From a virus (Duplodnaviria; Caudoviricetes): a stretch of DNA of 64,000 bases. The stretch is taken from the IMG/VR virus record IMGVR_UViG_3300031414_000005, one strand, 5' to 3'. Each line of letters starts with the position of its first letter. Within the stretch, counting starts at the first letter, position 1. The notes under the pieces are model-generated. The model searched no databases. It saw only the letters and a program-made list of their open reading frames with translations, and was not told where the DNA came from. Shown in pieces: positions 25,901 to 37,700 of the stretch. Made by a program: the position numbers and the translations under genes.

Positions 25901-28900
25901 TTATGAAAAACTGCGATCCATACCGATGTTCATCGAGCTATTTGCCGGGTTGGCATTCTTCTGTGCAGGTTTCGCCTGTGCACCGGTTCCACCGCTTGGG
26001 GCATTGCTACTGTTTTGCAATACCGTCAGCATCTGGCTCAACACATCGTGAATCGAACTCAGGATGGTGTTGGTCTGACCCGATCCATCCGAGGACGGGG
26101 CGGACGCAGGGGCGGGTGCCGGTTCACGGAAGCTCGTGTTCATGTTAGCAGACGGTGCTGCTGCACTGGACGCAGAGCTCACAGAAGATTGTTGTGGTGC
26201 CGGGGTGGCAGCCGGTTCACTGAAACTGGTGGTCATGTTCGGTGACCCGCTGGCCGGATCCGACAGGGATGCGGTGGTGGCCGGTCCTGCGACCCCACTG
26301 TTGTCGTTTCCACCCGGTACGTTGGCTGCAACCTGGCTCGGAGCATCTGCACCCGGAGCCGGTGTTGGCTCGGTCTTGGTATCGTCCGTGCTGACGTCGT
26401 TGGTATCCAATACCCCGTCGTTGAACATCCCGAGGTACTGCTGATACTTCATCCGGCGATCTTCAAGCCCATTGGTCCCACCGTTGATCAGGTAGGAGGC
26501 CTTGTCAATGTTACCGGCTTTGGCGGCGTCAGAGAGTCCTTTCCGGTTCTTCCAGAACCACAAGGCTGCCAAGGCGGCGGTCTGTGGATCTTTCCTGACC
26601 CGGTCTGGGTTGGAGACAATATCAATCCCGGTGTCCTTCGAGAAGGCTTCGTAGTTATCCTTACCGGTGAGCTGAATCAATCCACCCCCACGGTAGTTAT
26701 AACCATCCCCTGGCTTGTCGTTCCCCATGCGTCCGCCGTACACCGCGTTACCGATCGCTGCCGGACCTGCCGACGCAATCTGTTGTGCACGGTCCATCGA
26801 GCCGATACGTTTTGGGAACACTTGGAGCAGTCGCGCCGGTTTGTAGTTCAGGTTCTCCTCAGTGCGAGTAAACCCACCCGATTCGTGATCCAAGTTCGCC
26901 AGCAACGCCGCCAATTCCTTCTTGTCGGTGATGCCTTCTTTCTTCGCCATTTTCAGCACCGTGTCGATGCCTTTCTGTTTACCGGGACCCACCGCCATAG
27001 GTTCGACCTTCCCGGTCTTATCCACGCTCGGTAAGCTGTCCCCAGCACCCATGTAAGCACCGGCTCCGGTCGTCCCTGGGTTGCTGCCAAAGCTGCCTGA
27101 CAACGCCTGGTCCTTAACAGTGTTGGCGGTGGTGACTTGATAACGACTCTTCGACTGGCCAGGAGCTCTGGCAGTAAAGGAGTACTTGTCATCGAACTGC
27201 TGCTTGACCGTGTCCGGCACCGGTGACGTCCCGTTCCCCTGTTGTCCGGTGGTCGCAACATCAGTCGGCGCTTTGACCTCACCCTGCTTGGCTTTGGCTT
27301 GCAGGTTGTTCATCGCCAGTTTCACACTGTCAGGGTCGGTTTCTGCGTGCTCACCTTTGAACGGTGATACATCCACCGTCCACACCGACACTTCTTCTGC
27401 TCGTCCTTCCTTATACGTGGCTGCGACTACCGCTTGTCCGATAGTGTACCGCTGCTGCGCATTCAACGACGTGTACGTGGCTGACGGGAGTCCGCCTTGT
27501 ACGGTATCGGTTACCATCCGGTGGTAAATAAAATAGGTTGGCAGGAAGCGTTTCAGGAACCACTGACCCCACTCCATGAAGTCCGCCTGGTTGTTGAGCT
27601 TGCGGCCAAACTGAACCGCTGTCAGGCGATAGAGATCTCCGCTCTTACCGGTGAAGCGCAGCGCATTACCATTGCGGGCAATGTTACTCTCCACCACTTT
27701 CTCCATACGCAGGAAGGTGGCAATCTTGGCGTACTCCAGCTTCTTCAAGCCATACGCCTTCATGCGCACCATGGTGAGTTCATCCAGAGACTCACCTGGC
27801 TTTGGCAACATCGATGACACATCGTTATCTGATGCATCCACACTGATGCTGGCCAGGTTCATCCCGAGATCAAGCGGACGCTCTGGACGGATACTGTCCC
27901 GACCCCGACGACGAATCCCGTTATCCTCGGTAGAGAAATACCCGCCAGCGGTTTGGCGTTTACCCGGATCAATAGCCCCGGTGACGGTCCCACCAAAATC
28001 ATTGATCATGGTACCAGGTACTGCACTCGGTTTCTTGTCCGCTTCTTTCCCCATCGCTTTCAACACCGCTGAGACACGTGAGCTGGTCTGTCCTTCGTCG
28101 TACATTGGTGACTCACCAATCGCTTCCGGTGCGATACTGTACGGGTTAGGCTCGATATGACTCATCATGTCATTGGTGTTGCTGGCCACCAGATACAAGG
28201 CACTCACGTCGTTGGATTTATCCACATCCTCGAAGCGGGTGTTACCCATGTATTTGTTGAGCATGGCCACAGAAGTTAAGAACACCGGTTTGAAACGGTT
28301 AGTAAACCAACCCACCCATCCCTGGACTTGCTCCGGGTCATTGGTGTCCGTGATCAGGAGACGCAGTGCCTGGTCGATTGGGGTGTCTTCCGTAAAGGAG
28401 GCATCACCCCCTCTGACCGTCACATGGTCTTTCAACAGCATCTCGACTTTGGCAATGCGTTCAGCGTCTTTCCCGGTTGGGTCAACACCGTACATTGTCA
28501 TGCGTACCTGACGCAGTTTACTTGGCCGGTTGATCCAGTCACTGATGGCACTGCCCGCATCCCAGAGTAATGATCCCACCGAGATGGCAGTAATGATACC
28601 TGCCGTGATAGGTCCACCCAGGAGTGCAGCACCGCCTGCCAGGAACGGCAAGAAACGACCGAGACGGGCTGCCACACCCACCGCTTTCCCCACACCCTTC
28701 AGTGCACCCCCTACTACCTTACCGGCCAGACCCAGACGTGGGCGCACCAGGTTACCCGCAGCCTTCGCACCTTTCCAGGCACGACCCGCCCATTTCCCGG
28801 CACGGGTTTGACGCGCGGTCCGCCCGGCATCACCCAGGTCTGCGGCTTCACTGGCGGCATCCGATGCTGCATCAGCAGCTGTCCGACGACGAGCGCGGCG

Positions 28901-31900
28901 ACGTACCGCCCCGTACCCGGCTGCCCCGAGGCTACCATAGGTTAAAGCATCGTCAGCCAACCCACCCCAATCGGTCCCTTCATCCTGGTCGGTTCCCACA
29001 TCCAGGTGTTCATCACCCAGTGACGGATCCATCCCATCCATCCCGCCAATATCCGGGGTGGCTTCTGATGCGTGGGCTGATCCACTGAACATGCTGTACA
29101 ACGCAGTCCCGCCCGCAGCGATTGCACCCCACTTCCCAACCTTACCGAGACGACGTCCCCATTTACCCCGCGCACGGCCACCCCCAACGTCTGGTCCACC
29201 GCGTGCATGGGCCAGGGCTTCATCACGGGTGCGTTTCCCCATAATGATAGCGGCTAACGGTTTTAACCACTTCAAGGTTAAGAACCCTTTCAGTGAACCG
29301 AGGATACCGAGACGACGAATCGCTGACCACCCTGCCAATACGGCGGTGGCTGCTTTACCAATCACCCCCATGATCGGACCAAAGATCGACGCGGTTTTCT
29401 CTTCGTCTTTCTTGGCCTGGTTTCCTTTGAGGGCTTCAATGGCATCAATCAGGCGGTCTTCTTTGGAACTGGCGGCTTTGCGGGCACGTTTGTTTTGGAT
29501 GTCCTGGGCCGAGTTATCCCGTACACCGTCACCGTCTTCATCCAGAGGGTTGGTTGAGAACCCACCCATTCCCCCATCTTGTTTCGGACGACGTTGGCCA
29601 GGCAGACGCGCATCCAGCAGGTCATACACCCGATCAATGGCTGTTACCACACCACCGTTACCACCGATGCTGTCACGTACCGCCCCGGCACCGCGTGCTG
29701 CACCTCCACGGATACGCTCGGCTAAACCGGGGACACCCGCAAACAAGTTGGCCGCAGTCCGACGCAGACGACGGGTATACACCCGGGCATAACGTGTCAG
29801 GGTATTGATCTGCACACCAAAGCGGTTGGTAAGACCTTTCTCAATATCGGCTTCACTCAAGACCACTTCACCGTCAGCATCGTAAACCGTCCCCTTGATC
29901 TCGCTCCATTTCGTGACCGGGTGGCCCTCTTCATCCAGGTATGCCCCGCTACGTAAGCCAGTGCCTGTCAGACGCGGTTCACGTTCTCCTTTGACGTAAA
30001 CGTCCATGGTTTGGATACGTCCCACCACGGTGTCTTTCAGTGCGCGTAAACGGCTTACCGGATCCAGCTTATTAAACAGCCCAATTGCTCCCCGTTTCAG
30101 TCGCTCGATATTAATGAGTACGATACGTTTGTTGCGCTGGTTGAATAACTTGCCTTTCAGATCACTCGCGCGGGCAATGACCACACCCGCTGCATCGACG
30201 ACAGCACCTTTGATGTATTTGTACGACGTGATGACGCGTCCGCTGACCTGGTCATAATACTGACCGGCTTTTAATTTAACGGATTGCAACAACGGCTCAC
30301 TGTTCCCTTCCTGGTAAATGTCGTCGTTGTCACTGGCACTGTCACCCTCTGCACCTTGCGCCCGTCCTTGCAGGAACTTGTACGCTTGGTAACCGATCAC
30401 ACCGGCTGCGGCCACACCGCCCAAACGCGGCGCCATGGCGGTCAGCCCTGCTAACCCAGCGGCACCGGCACCGTACAACACAGCCGGATTAGACGCCAGG
30501 CCTTTCAGCATGTCACGGGCCCGGCCACTGAGGTTGCTGCTGCGCATCCGTTCTAACCAGCTGCGCATCCGACCGCCGGACGTGTTACCTGCGGCACCTT
30601 CTTCCGGGGTAACCGTTGGGGGTTGACGATCATGGAGCAGACTGAGTTGCATTTTCGCAAACTCATGGTTGGCCAGCAGTAACTGATCGGTCTTACTGAC
30701 CAGTTCACCCAGGTACGTGTTCGCCTGGGTTGCCTGAACAACCAACGGGTCAAGGTCCATCCCGGCGGTACTGCGGTTATCCAGCCGATCGGTAAGTTTA
30801 CCAATGGCATCCGCTAAGCCACTGACATCACCCGTAAAGCCCGGTGCTGGACGCCCACGTCCCATACGGCCTTTATTAGCACCCCGTGTGGGGAGTAACG
30901 TCTCGGGGGTGATTCCGCCAGACAACTCCTTGTTATCCGGGTTCTCGATGAACTTGCGCATGATCTCCCAGCGCATGTCATTGTTGAAGGTATCAACCCC
31001 GTTGGTGTTTTGAATCACCCCGAGCTGACGCAGGGCATCCTCATTACCCGTGGCCCGCAGGATATCCAGTTGTTCCGCCACATCCGGGATGTACCCACGC
31101 AGGGAACTCACTCGCTCAGAGATCTGGTTACGCAACTGGTTGGCCCGCTGACTTGGTAACACCAGTGAATTACGAATCCCCTTCAGGGTGGTTGAGTTGG
31201 CTTTCGCCATTAACTCCGGGGTAATGCGGAAACGCTGTTGGATGAAACGCGCCAGTTCAGCACTGTCGGCTTTATCAGTGTCACCCCAGCCTTCTTCCCG
31301 GGCATAATGAATCGGGTCAAAGCTCTCACCCCGGTCCTGGTCACGCAAGAAACGCATGGACAACGCCTTACGTGCAGACGCCGAGAGTTTCTTCTCCGGG
31401 TCCAGCTCGTCAACGATGTTGTTACTCATCGTGGCTAAGCCGCTGTACTCACGACGGTTAAACAACTGACCGCGTAACAGGTTGGTGTTGTTCCGCTGGG
31501 AAACAAACTGCCCGCGCTGGTAGTTGTACGTGGTGGCTTGCACATCATCCCGTCCGGTACGCATTTGTTCCAGACTTAAGTGGATCCGCGAGAACCAACC
31601 CGGAATCACTTCGGTCAAGGTGCGGTGTGCCAGGTTGTCCCACTGTGCAGGTTGGGTCAGGTCACTGAGCTTACGGGTCTGGATATCAATCCGATGGCCG
31701 TTGTCAATGGGTATGTCACGCAGGCGGTTGTTGATAAGCGGGTTCAAGAAACCCCGTTTGGCATTCATCGCCATCCAGCCACGTTTGGTCGGTTGCTGTC
31801 CAGCGTTCCGTGGGTCGGCCTCGAATACCATCTGGTACTCTTCCCAACTCATGGTGCCTTCTTCCAGGTCGGTACGGTTACGCAGGTAGCGGTTCGCAAT

Positions 31901-33124
31901 GCCTGCACCGTTGTTAACCAGGTAGTTGACAGCGTTACCCACTTGGTTAACCCGACGGTTTGCCTGTTGGACACGACGTCCCACGTTACGGTTCTGACGC
32001 AGGTACTGTTGTGCTTGCGAACTGTTCATCCCCATCTGCAACAAGATCGGTAGCATGTCGACAGCTTTACCGCCAGCCATCTGTCCCAGCATCGACACCA
32101 TGTCGCTACCGCCACCCATGCTGCCCGCCAGAGACGCTAAGCTAATCGCCGCCCCAGCGTTCTGCATGTGGCTATCCACCCCGGCGATCTTGGCATCTTG
32201 CCAGTTCGGGTCAACCAGACGCTGTAATACCCCACCTACGCCACCCACGGCTCGTCCAACCGTGGTGAACGTCCGTTCCCGCAACATTTTCTTTGCAGTC
32301 GCTGAGGATGACATTTTCTCAAAGTCAGCCATCGCCGTTTGCTTGGCGATTTCACGGAACTGATCCATCGAGGCATGCATGTAACGTTCGGACAGTTTGG
32401 CGTAACCCTGCATCAGGTTGAAATGGCGGAACTGAAGATCCAGGCTGCGGCGTTGTGCCTTACCAATGAAGTCCTCATTAAAGCCAACGAGACGCGAGAT
32501 CCCTTGTGAGATATTGCGCAGGTCACGGTTACCGATGCCAAGTAACATCCCGGTCTGGGCATTGCCGGCATTCATGGCACCCAGGGTTTCGCGGTGTTGC
32601 CCTTCAGAGAGGTTGGCCTGTTGCAGCAACGACTCTTTCAGGTAACTGGCGACTTCATTGTCCCCGGCTTGTTCCAGCGTTCCAATACCCTTTTGACTGG
32701 CATCACCTGGGGCGTACATCGACTGGTCAGATTCGGCAAACCGCTCGATCTGTTTCAGCACCGATTTCGGGATGTATTTCCCACCGTCCGTGTTCACCGC
32801 GTGTGCAGCATCCTGCAACGCACGAACACCATCGTAAGTACCCCGGCGGAATCTATCGTATAGCTGTCGTGTTTCTCGGTCCACCCGATCGTACAGGTCG
32901 AAGGCGGGTGTATAAGAACGCGGTAAAAGTGCACTGGAAAGCTGGCGTATTTTCTGACTGTCCCGAATCGACATCCCAGCGCCTGTTGCGGCACCACTCA
33001 GAAAACGTTTGACCACACTCCCTTTTTTCTTTGGCGAGCCTGAGAAGTCACTGTCGAAGTCGAAACCTAAATCGAAGTCGCTGTCCCAGTTATCGTCAAA
33101 ATCTAATTCGACATCTTTGGCCAT
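25901..33124 (-). CDS. tail tape measure / structural peptidoglycan hydrolase (phiKZ gp181-like) with GH19 domain, ~2,407 aa
   Basis: Very long G/A/R-rich protein with TM-like segments; GH19 motifs HESGGF..EE.L.Y, YRGGGLIQLTGK.NY, INGG.NGL.DR; divergent from the vRNAP genes. Start placed at ATG33124. Confidence 0.85.
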   Translation of the reverse strand: MAKDVELDFDDNWDSDFDLGFDFDSDFSGSPKKKGSVVKRFLSGAATGAGMSIRDSQKIRQLSSALLPRSYTPAFDLYDRVDRETRQLYDRFRRGTYDGVRALQDAAHAVNTDGGKYIPKSVLKQIERFAESDQSMYAPGDASQKGIGTLEQAGDNEVASYLKESLLQQANLSEGQHRETLGAMNAGNAQTGMLLGIGNRDLRNISQGISRLVGFNEDFIGKAQRRSLDLQFRHFNLMQGYAKLSERYMHASMDQFREIAKQTAMADFEKMSSSATAKKMLRERTFTTVGRAVGGVGGVLQRLVDPNWQDAKIAGVDSHMQNAGAAISLASLAGSMGGGSDMVSMLGQMAGGKAVDMLPILLQMGMNSSQAQQYLRQNRNVGRRVQQANRRVNQVGNAVNYLVNNGAGIANRYLRNRTDLEEGTMSWEEYQMVFEADPRNAGQQPTKRGWMAMNAKRGFLNPLINNRLRDIPIDNGHRIDIQTRKLSDLTQPAQWDNLAHRTLTEVIPGWFSRIHLSLEQMRTGRDDVQATTYNYQRGQFVSQRNNTNLLRGQLFNRREYSGLATMSNNIVDELDPEKKLSASARKALSMRFLRDQDRGESFDPIHYAREEGWGDTDKADSAELARFIQQRFRITPELMAKANSTTLKGIRNSLVLPSQRANQLRNQISERVSSLRGYIPDVAEQLDILRATGNEDALRQLGVIQNTNGVDTFNNDMRWEIMRKFIENPDNKELSGGITPETLLPTRGANKGRMGRGRPAPGFTGDVSGLADAIGKLTDRLDNRSTAGMDLDPLVVQATQANTYLGELVSKTDQLLLANHEFAKMQLSLLHDRQPPTVTPEEGAAGNTSGGRMRSWLERMRSSNLSGRARDMLKGLASNPAVLYGAGAAGLAGLTAMAPRLGGVAAAGVIGYQAYKFLQGRAQGAEGDSASDNDDIYQEGNSEPLLQSVKLKAGQYYDQVSGRVITSYKYIKGAVVDAAGVVIARASDLKGKLFNQRNKRIVLINIERLKRGAIGLFNKLDPVSRLRALKDTVVGRIQTMDVYVKGEREPRLTGTGLRSGAYLDEEGHPVTKWSEIKGTVYDADGEVVLSEADIEKGLTNRFGVQINTLTRYARVYTRRLRRTAANLFAGVPGLAERIRGGAARGAGAVRDSIGGNGGVVTAIDRVYDLLDARLPGQRRPKQDGGMGGFSTNPLDEDGDGVRDNSAQDIQNKRARKAASSKEDRLIDAIEALKGNQAKKDEEKTASIFGPIMGVIGKAATAVLAGWSAIRRLGILGSLKGFLTLKWLKPLAAIIMGKRTRDEALAHARGGPDVGGGRARGKWGRRLGKVGKWGAIAAGGTALYSMFSGSAHASEATPDIGGMDGMDPSLGDEHLDVGTDQDEGTDWGGLADDALTYGSLGAAGYGAVRRRARRRTAADAASDAASEAADLGDAGRTARQTRAGKWAGRAWKGAKAAGNLVRPRLGLAGKVVGGALKGVGKAVGVAARLGRFLPFLAGGAALLGGPITAGIITAISVGSLLWDAGSAISDWINRPSKLRQVRMTMYGVDPTGKDAERIAKVEMLLKDHVTVRGGDASFTEDTPIDQALRLLITDTNDPEQVQGWVGWFTNRFKPVFLTSVAMLNKYMGNTRFEDVDKSNDVSALYLVASNTNDMMSHIEPNPYSIAPEAIGESPMYDEGQTSSRVSAVLKAMGKEADKKPSAVPGTMINDFGGTVTGAIDPGKRQTAGGYFSTEDNGIRRRGRDSIRPERPLDLGMNLASISVDASDNDVSSMLPKPGESLDELTMVRMKAYGLKKLEYAKIATFLRMEKVVESNIARNGNALRFTGKSGDLYRLTAVQFGRKLNNQADFMEWGQWFLKRFLPTYFIYHRMVTDTVQGGLPSATYTSLNAQQRYTIGQAVVAATYKEGRAEEVSVWTVDVSPFKGEHAETDPDSVKLAMNNLQAKAKQGEVKAPTDVATTGQQGNGTSPVPDTVKQQFDDKYSFTARAPGQSKSRYQVTTANTVKDQALSGSFGSNPGTTGAGAYMGAGDSLPSVDKTGKVEPMAVGPGKQKGIDTVLKMAKKEGITDKKELAALLANLDHESGGFTRTEENLNYKPARLLQVFPKRIGSMDRAQQIASAGPAAIGNAVYGGRMGNDKPGDGYNYRGGGLIQLTGKDNYEAFSKDTGIDIVSNPDRVRKDPQTAALAALWFWKNRKGLSDAAKAGNIDKASYLINGGTNGLEDRRMKYQQYLGMFNDGVLDTNDVSTDDTKTEPTPAPGADAPSQVAANVPGGNDNSGVAGPATTASLSDPASGSPNMTTSFSEPAATPAPQQSSVSSASSAAAPSANMNTSFREPAPAPASAPSSDGSGQTNTILSSIHDVLSQMLTVLQNSSNAPSGGTGAQAKPAQKNANPANSSMNIGMDRSFS

Positions 33125-33155
33125 AATGTGGTTCCCGATCTTTACGAGGTTATGA

Positions 33156-34769
33156 ATGAAACCCCTAAATATAACAATTCTGAATCCCAAAACCGTACCC
33201 TGGCAGACCATGCGGCCTGTTACGGTCACTGACATCTTCGATGGGATCACCAATAACCTTCATGATGAGGGGTTATACTCCATCCCCATCTTTGGTCGGG
33301 TCGGTTCTGAAGAACGCGATGAACGCTTTTCCTACATTGATGTGGGACTCAACATTATTCACCCCCAGATCTTTGACGCCCTGTGTTCTCTGAAGCAGCT
33401 TTATCGCGGCATCATGAGTGGCAAATTGTTTGCGACCTGGGACGACAATGTAAAAGATTTCATAAAATCCGATGCGTTAGTGGGACAGACCGGTTTCAGC
33501 TTTTTTCTGAAGCACTGGCGTGACATTGAATTCCCTGCTAACAAGTCCAGCAAGCGTGATGACAAAATCCGGGTGGTGGAGAAATTCAAAGGGATTGCCA
33601 TGACCCGCCGGGTATTAATCCTGCCGGCAGGGTTGCGTGAAGTGCAGATCGATGAAGACGGCCGGACGATTGAAACCGAAGTCAACCCGCTGTACCGTCG
33701 CATGCTGTCAATTGCCAAGACCGTGGTCTTGACACAAGGGGTGGATAACAACCCGATGTACGACAACATCCGCTGGTCATTGCAGAACTCCTTTATGGAG
33801 ATCTATAACTTCTTCGAGAACTTCCTGAAAGGCAAGCGCGGTTTCCTGCAACAGAAATACGGTCGCCGTGCGGTGTTCAACGCCACCGCCAACGTGATCA
33901 CGGCAGCCCCCATCACCAACCGTGACTTACGCTCACCCGCCTATCCCGATATCAACACCACGTTGGTGGGGTTACGTCAGTATATGAAAGTGATGTTCCA
34001 CTTCTTCTTTCATAAGCTGAGTCAGGGTTACCTGGGGGAAGTGTTTACCAAAGGCTCATTGACCGCCCGGTTGGTTGACCGTGAGACGCTGCGTTACGAG
34101 CACGTTGAGGTGGACTTACCGACCATTGACAAGTGGACGTCCGAGGAAGGGATCAACAAACTGATCAACGGCTATAACGACACCGGGGTGCGTAATAAGC
34201 CAATAATCATAAAAGGTTACTATCTTGGTCTTATCTATGTTGACCGGAAATACTTTAAGATTTTCGGTGACATCAATGAGTTACCGAGTTACCTAGATAA
34301 AAAGAACGTCCGTCCTATCACCTACACCGAGCTGTTCTATTTGGCCGGGTTTGATGTGTGGAACAACCGCTTTGTGCAGAACACCCGTTACCCGATTACC
34401 GGGATGGGGTCGATCTATCCGGCCCGTCCGTTTGTCAAGACCACCGTCAACGACTCGATCAAAGAGATGTTGGATGAGGACTGGCAGCGCACCGGACGGT
34501 TAGCCACTGCGTTTCCGGACAATGCATTGGATGCCCAGTTCTTTGATGCCATGGCGGTACACCCCACCCGTCTCGGCCTGGCTGGCGGTGACTACGACGG
34601 TGACCGTATGAGTTGTAACGGGATTCAATCGGATGAAGCGATGCGCGAGTGTGCGGATTCGTTAGCCCGCCGTGAAACCTATATCTCAGGTACCGGTGAT
34701 TTCTATATTGATGTGACCACGGACACATTGGATTTTGTCATGCATGCCATGACCCATATCTCTCAATAA
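33156..34769 (+). CDS. rpoC: virion RNA polymerase beta' subunit, catalytic fragment (phiKZ gp180-like)
   Basis: GGDYDGDRM catalytic DxDGD motif; KGKRGFLQQKYGRR corresponds to KGKQGRFRQNLLGKR. Confidence 0.95.
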   Translation: MKPLNITILNPKTVPWQTMRPVTVTDIFDGITNNLHDEGLYSIPIFGRVGSEERDERFSYIDVGLNIIHPQIFDALCSLKQLYRGIMSGKLFATWDDNVKDFIKSDALVGQTGFSFFLKHWRDIEFPANKSSKRDDKIRVVEKFKGIAMTRRVLILPAGLREVQIDEDGRTIETEVNPLYRRMLSIAKTVVLTQGVDNNPMYDNIRWSLQNSFMEIYNFFENFLKGKRGFLQQKYGRRAVFNATANVITAAPITNRDLRSPAYPDINTTLVGLRQYMKVMFHFFFHKLSQGYLGEVFTKGSLTARLVDRETLRYEHVEVDLPTIDKWTSEEGINKLINGYNDTGVRNKPIIIKGYYLGLIYVDRKYFKIFGDINELPSYLDKKNVRPITYTELFYLAGFDVWNNRFVQNTRYPITGMGSIYPARPFVKTTVNDSIKEMLDEDWQRTGRLATAFPDNALDAQFFDAMAVHPTRLGLAGGDYDGDRMSCNGIQSDEAMRECADSLARRETYISGTGDFYIDVTTDTLDFVMHAMTHISQ

Positions 34770-34777
34770 GGTGTGCT

Positions 34778-37700
34778 ATGTTACGTCTTGAGCAGTTTGA
34801 AAAGCGTTTTAGTGTGCTGCGTAAGAACCAGATCCTGTCGCCGAAGTTTCATGCTTTGGCGTCACTGGAGTTACCGGCTAACGCGATCTTACATTATCTT
34901 CCCACCGACCCCACGGACATCGGCCCGGATGTCAATGAGATCACCCTCATCAATTACCCGGAACCCATCTTTGTTAACCACCTGACTGAGATGGTGAACA
35001 AGATCGGTAACCCACAGCGTGTGACCGCCAACCCGCGGGCCCTGATCGACCAATACCGCAAAACCCATCGCCGGTTCCTGTACCTGCGTAACTTTGCCAC
35101 CACCAATCAGCAACCGCGCAATCTGCTGGTGTGGAACTACGGCATCGCTCAGCAGTTCTACCGGTACCGTCCGTCGGTGTTTGTGTCGTACCAGCGTTGG
35201 TTCAACCAGTATTACACCATGTGGGAGCAAGTCGCTCATTTGCAACAGGACAGCACCCGCAGCCAGTTTATTCCTCTGAGCCTGCCGGCTATCCTGCCAA
35301 GCCTGACCCAGCTGCGTAACAGCAGCAAGAAAATGGGCAGCGGGATGGAAGATGAGCAAGCACACCCCATGGACACCCTGGACGCCCAATGGACTGCGGA
35401 AGACGAAGCCGAGCTGCAAGCGGAGATGGCACAGTCCACCCCGTTCCAGCAGATGTTCGTCAATCTGACCCGTAGCCTGCTGAAGATCAAGAAGTACGGC
35501 AGCAACAGTCGTCGCCGTAAAGCCGAGTTTGTCTACGACCCGCGTAGCCAGTACAACGCGGCGCAGTACTACCATAATTCTCCGCTCGGCGATCAAACAA
35601 CCTATCCAGAAATGGATGACGACGATGACGATTACGACGAGACTGAGGGCGATGGCGGTGACTTTGACGGGGGGATGGAAGGGATCTACAACTGGGGTGT
35701 CGAAGACCTCGGGGCAATGGAATCCCGGATTACGTTAACCACACCACGTCTTGACCAAACTGCCCTGCGCCCGTTCCAGGCGGCCAACTCCTATTGGATG
35801 TTGGATTTCTGGCAGTGGTTAGCCGGTGAGCGTGAAACGTCGGTGATGAGCCTGATGGATCACAACCAGCTGCACAAAGTCAACCTGCTGATTGAGAACA
35901 TGGGGTCGTTTGCCATTCTCAATCTGGGTCGACTGATGGACTGGCTCAATGAGATGCCAAAAGTCCAGCGTGGGGGTGAGGAAGTCGTTAACCCAGTGGC
36001 CAAGGAAAACTACGCCAAGCAACTGCTGTTGTTCTTTAACAAGCAGTTCATGATGAAAACCGAAGGGGGTTTCCAACCGGATACCGCCGATGAGCAAAGC
36101 GATGAGGCCTCTACCCCGTTGCGTGATAAACGCAAGCCCGAGGTGATATCCAGTCCTGAGCTCCCGGATGACATCTTTGACGAAGAAGACGATGGCACGG
36201 AGATCGACACCCGTAACGTCTACGGGGTGGATGTCCCGGTAAACCCGTTTGATGACATCGATAAGCAAGTCCATCAACCGGATGAACCACAGTTGGTGCC
36301 GGAGCCTTCTGAGCCTGTTGCCAGTGATGTGGAGGACGCCACCATTGCCCAGCTGAGTGATGACGTGGACGACGCCCTGCTGGAACTCCCGCAGGCTGCG
36401 CAACATCTCGACGATGCCGATGACCTGATGTTTGAAGGCGGCGGTGCGCCAGAAGACGGGGTGATGATCAAAGCCATTGAGATGGCGGAATCGGGTCAGA
36501 TCTCCGCCAGTGAGTTTCGTCGCATGGAGAAAGTCTCCAGTTCATATCGCCGGATCAAGAACCCGTTTGGTGAAGGCACCCTGGAAGACCTGATTACCTA
36601 TGACCCGGTGGTGTTAAACACCGTGCCAAAAGCAATCGGCCAGGACAGTGACACCATTCTGGACAAGTCGATGCTGGACTCGACCGTGACCCACGTCAAC
36701 ACGCAGTACATCAAACATGTCATGCAGAAAGATGTGGCGAACATGGTGATGGGTGTGCAGCAAGCCGGGATTGCGATCACCAACTATGAAGTGGATGAGG
36801 TCGTCGATGCGTTGTCGGCTTACGATTCGTACACCATCCAGTTCCAGCCGGTTGGGGGGTTGACCACCACCCGTCGTTTCCGTATTCCGAAAGTCCAGGA
36901 AGACAACACCTACACCGTGAACTCGGTGAAGTCGGTGCTGAGCTGGCAGCGTATGGACAAACCGATTCGCAAGATCAACCCAAGCCGTGTTGCCCTCAAC
37001 AGCTACTACGGTAAGAAAGTCTTCATTGACCGTTCCACCAAGAAGGTGAACAGTTATGAGGACTGGTTGCATCGCAACATCATCGCGGAGTCACAACCGA
37101 CCCCGGGTAGTGATGTGCCGTCACAGGTGCAAGGGTTGGTACTGGGTCGTCACTTTGATCCCACCATCAAAACCCCGCACACCTTTGCGATGCTGAGTCG
37201 GCGTTTCCGTCAGTTCCAAGTGGGTGACTGTGCGTTCCTGTTCAACACCCATGACCTGGAGGAGTCGGTTGGTAAAGAACGCTTCCGTGAATTGCTAAGC
37301 CGCGATTTCGTGGTCTGCGGGAAACGGGGTGATGATTTACTGGTGATGGACACGGCCGGGATGGTGTATGCGTATCCGCCAGCGTTGCCGTCTTTCCAGA
37401 TGCTGGACACCATTGAGAACATGGTGGGGTTAAATGTCAAGGATGCGCCGGTTGAGATCGTGGAAGTGAAAATCAATGGGCGCTATGTCCCGATGGTGAT
37501 CATTCTCTGCTATTACTACGGTTTGACCCGTTTGCTGAAACTCCTGGAAACCTCGGTACGTTATGTCCCACGGGGTGAACGGTTACAGTTGACCAGTGAA
37601 GAAGTCGCGATTGGCTTTGCTGACGAGTTCCTGGTGTACAGCCGTAATGACCGGTTGAGCTCATTGATCCTCGGCGGGTTAAACACCTACAAGGATGAGT

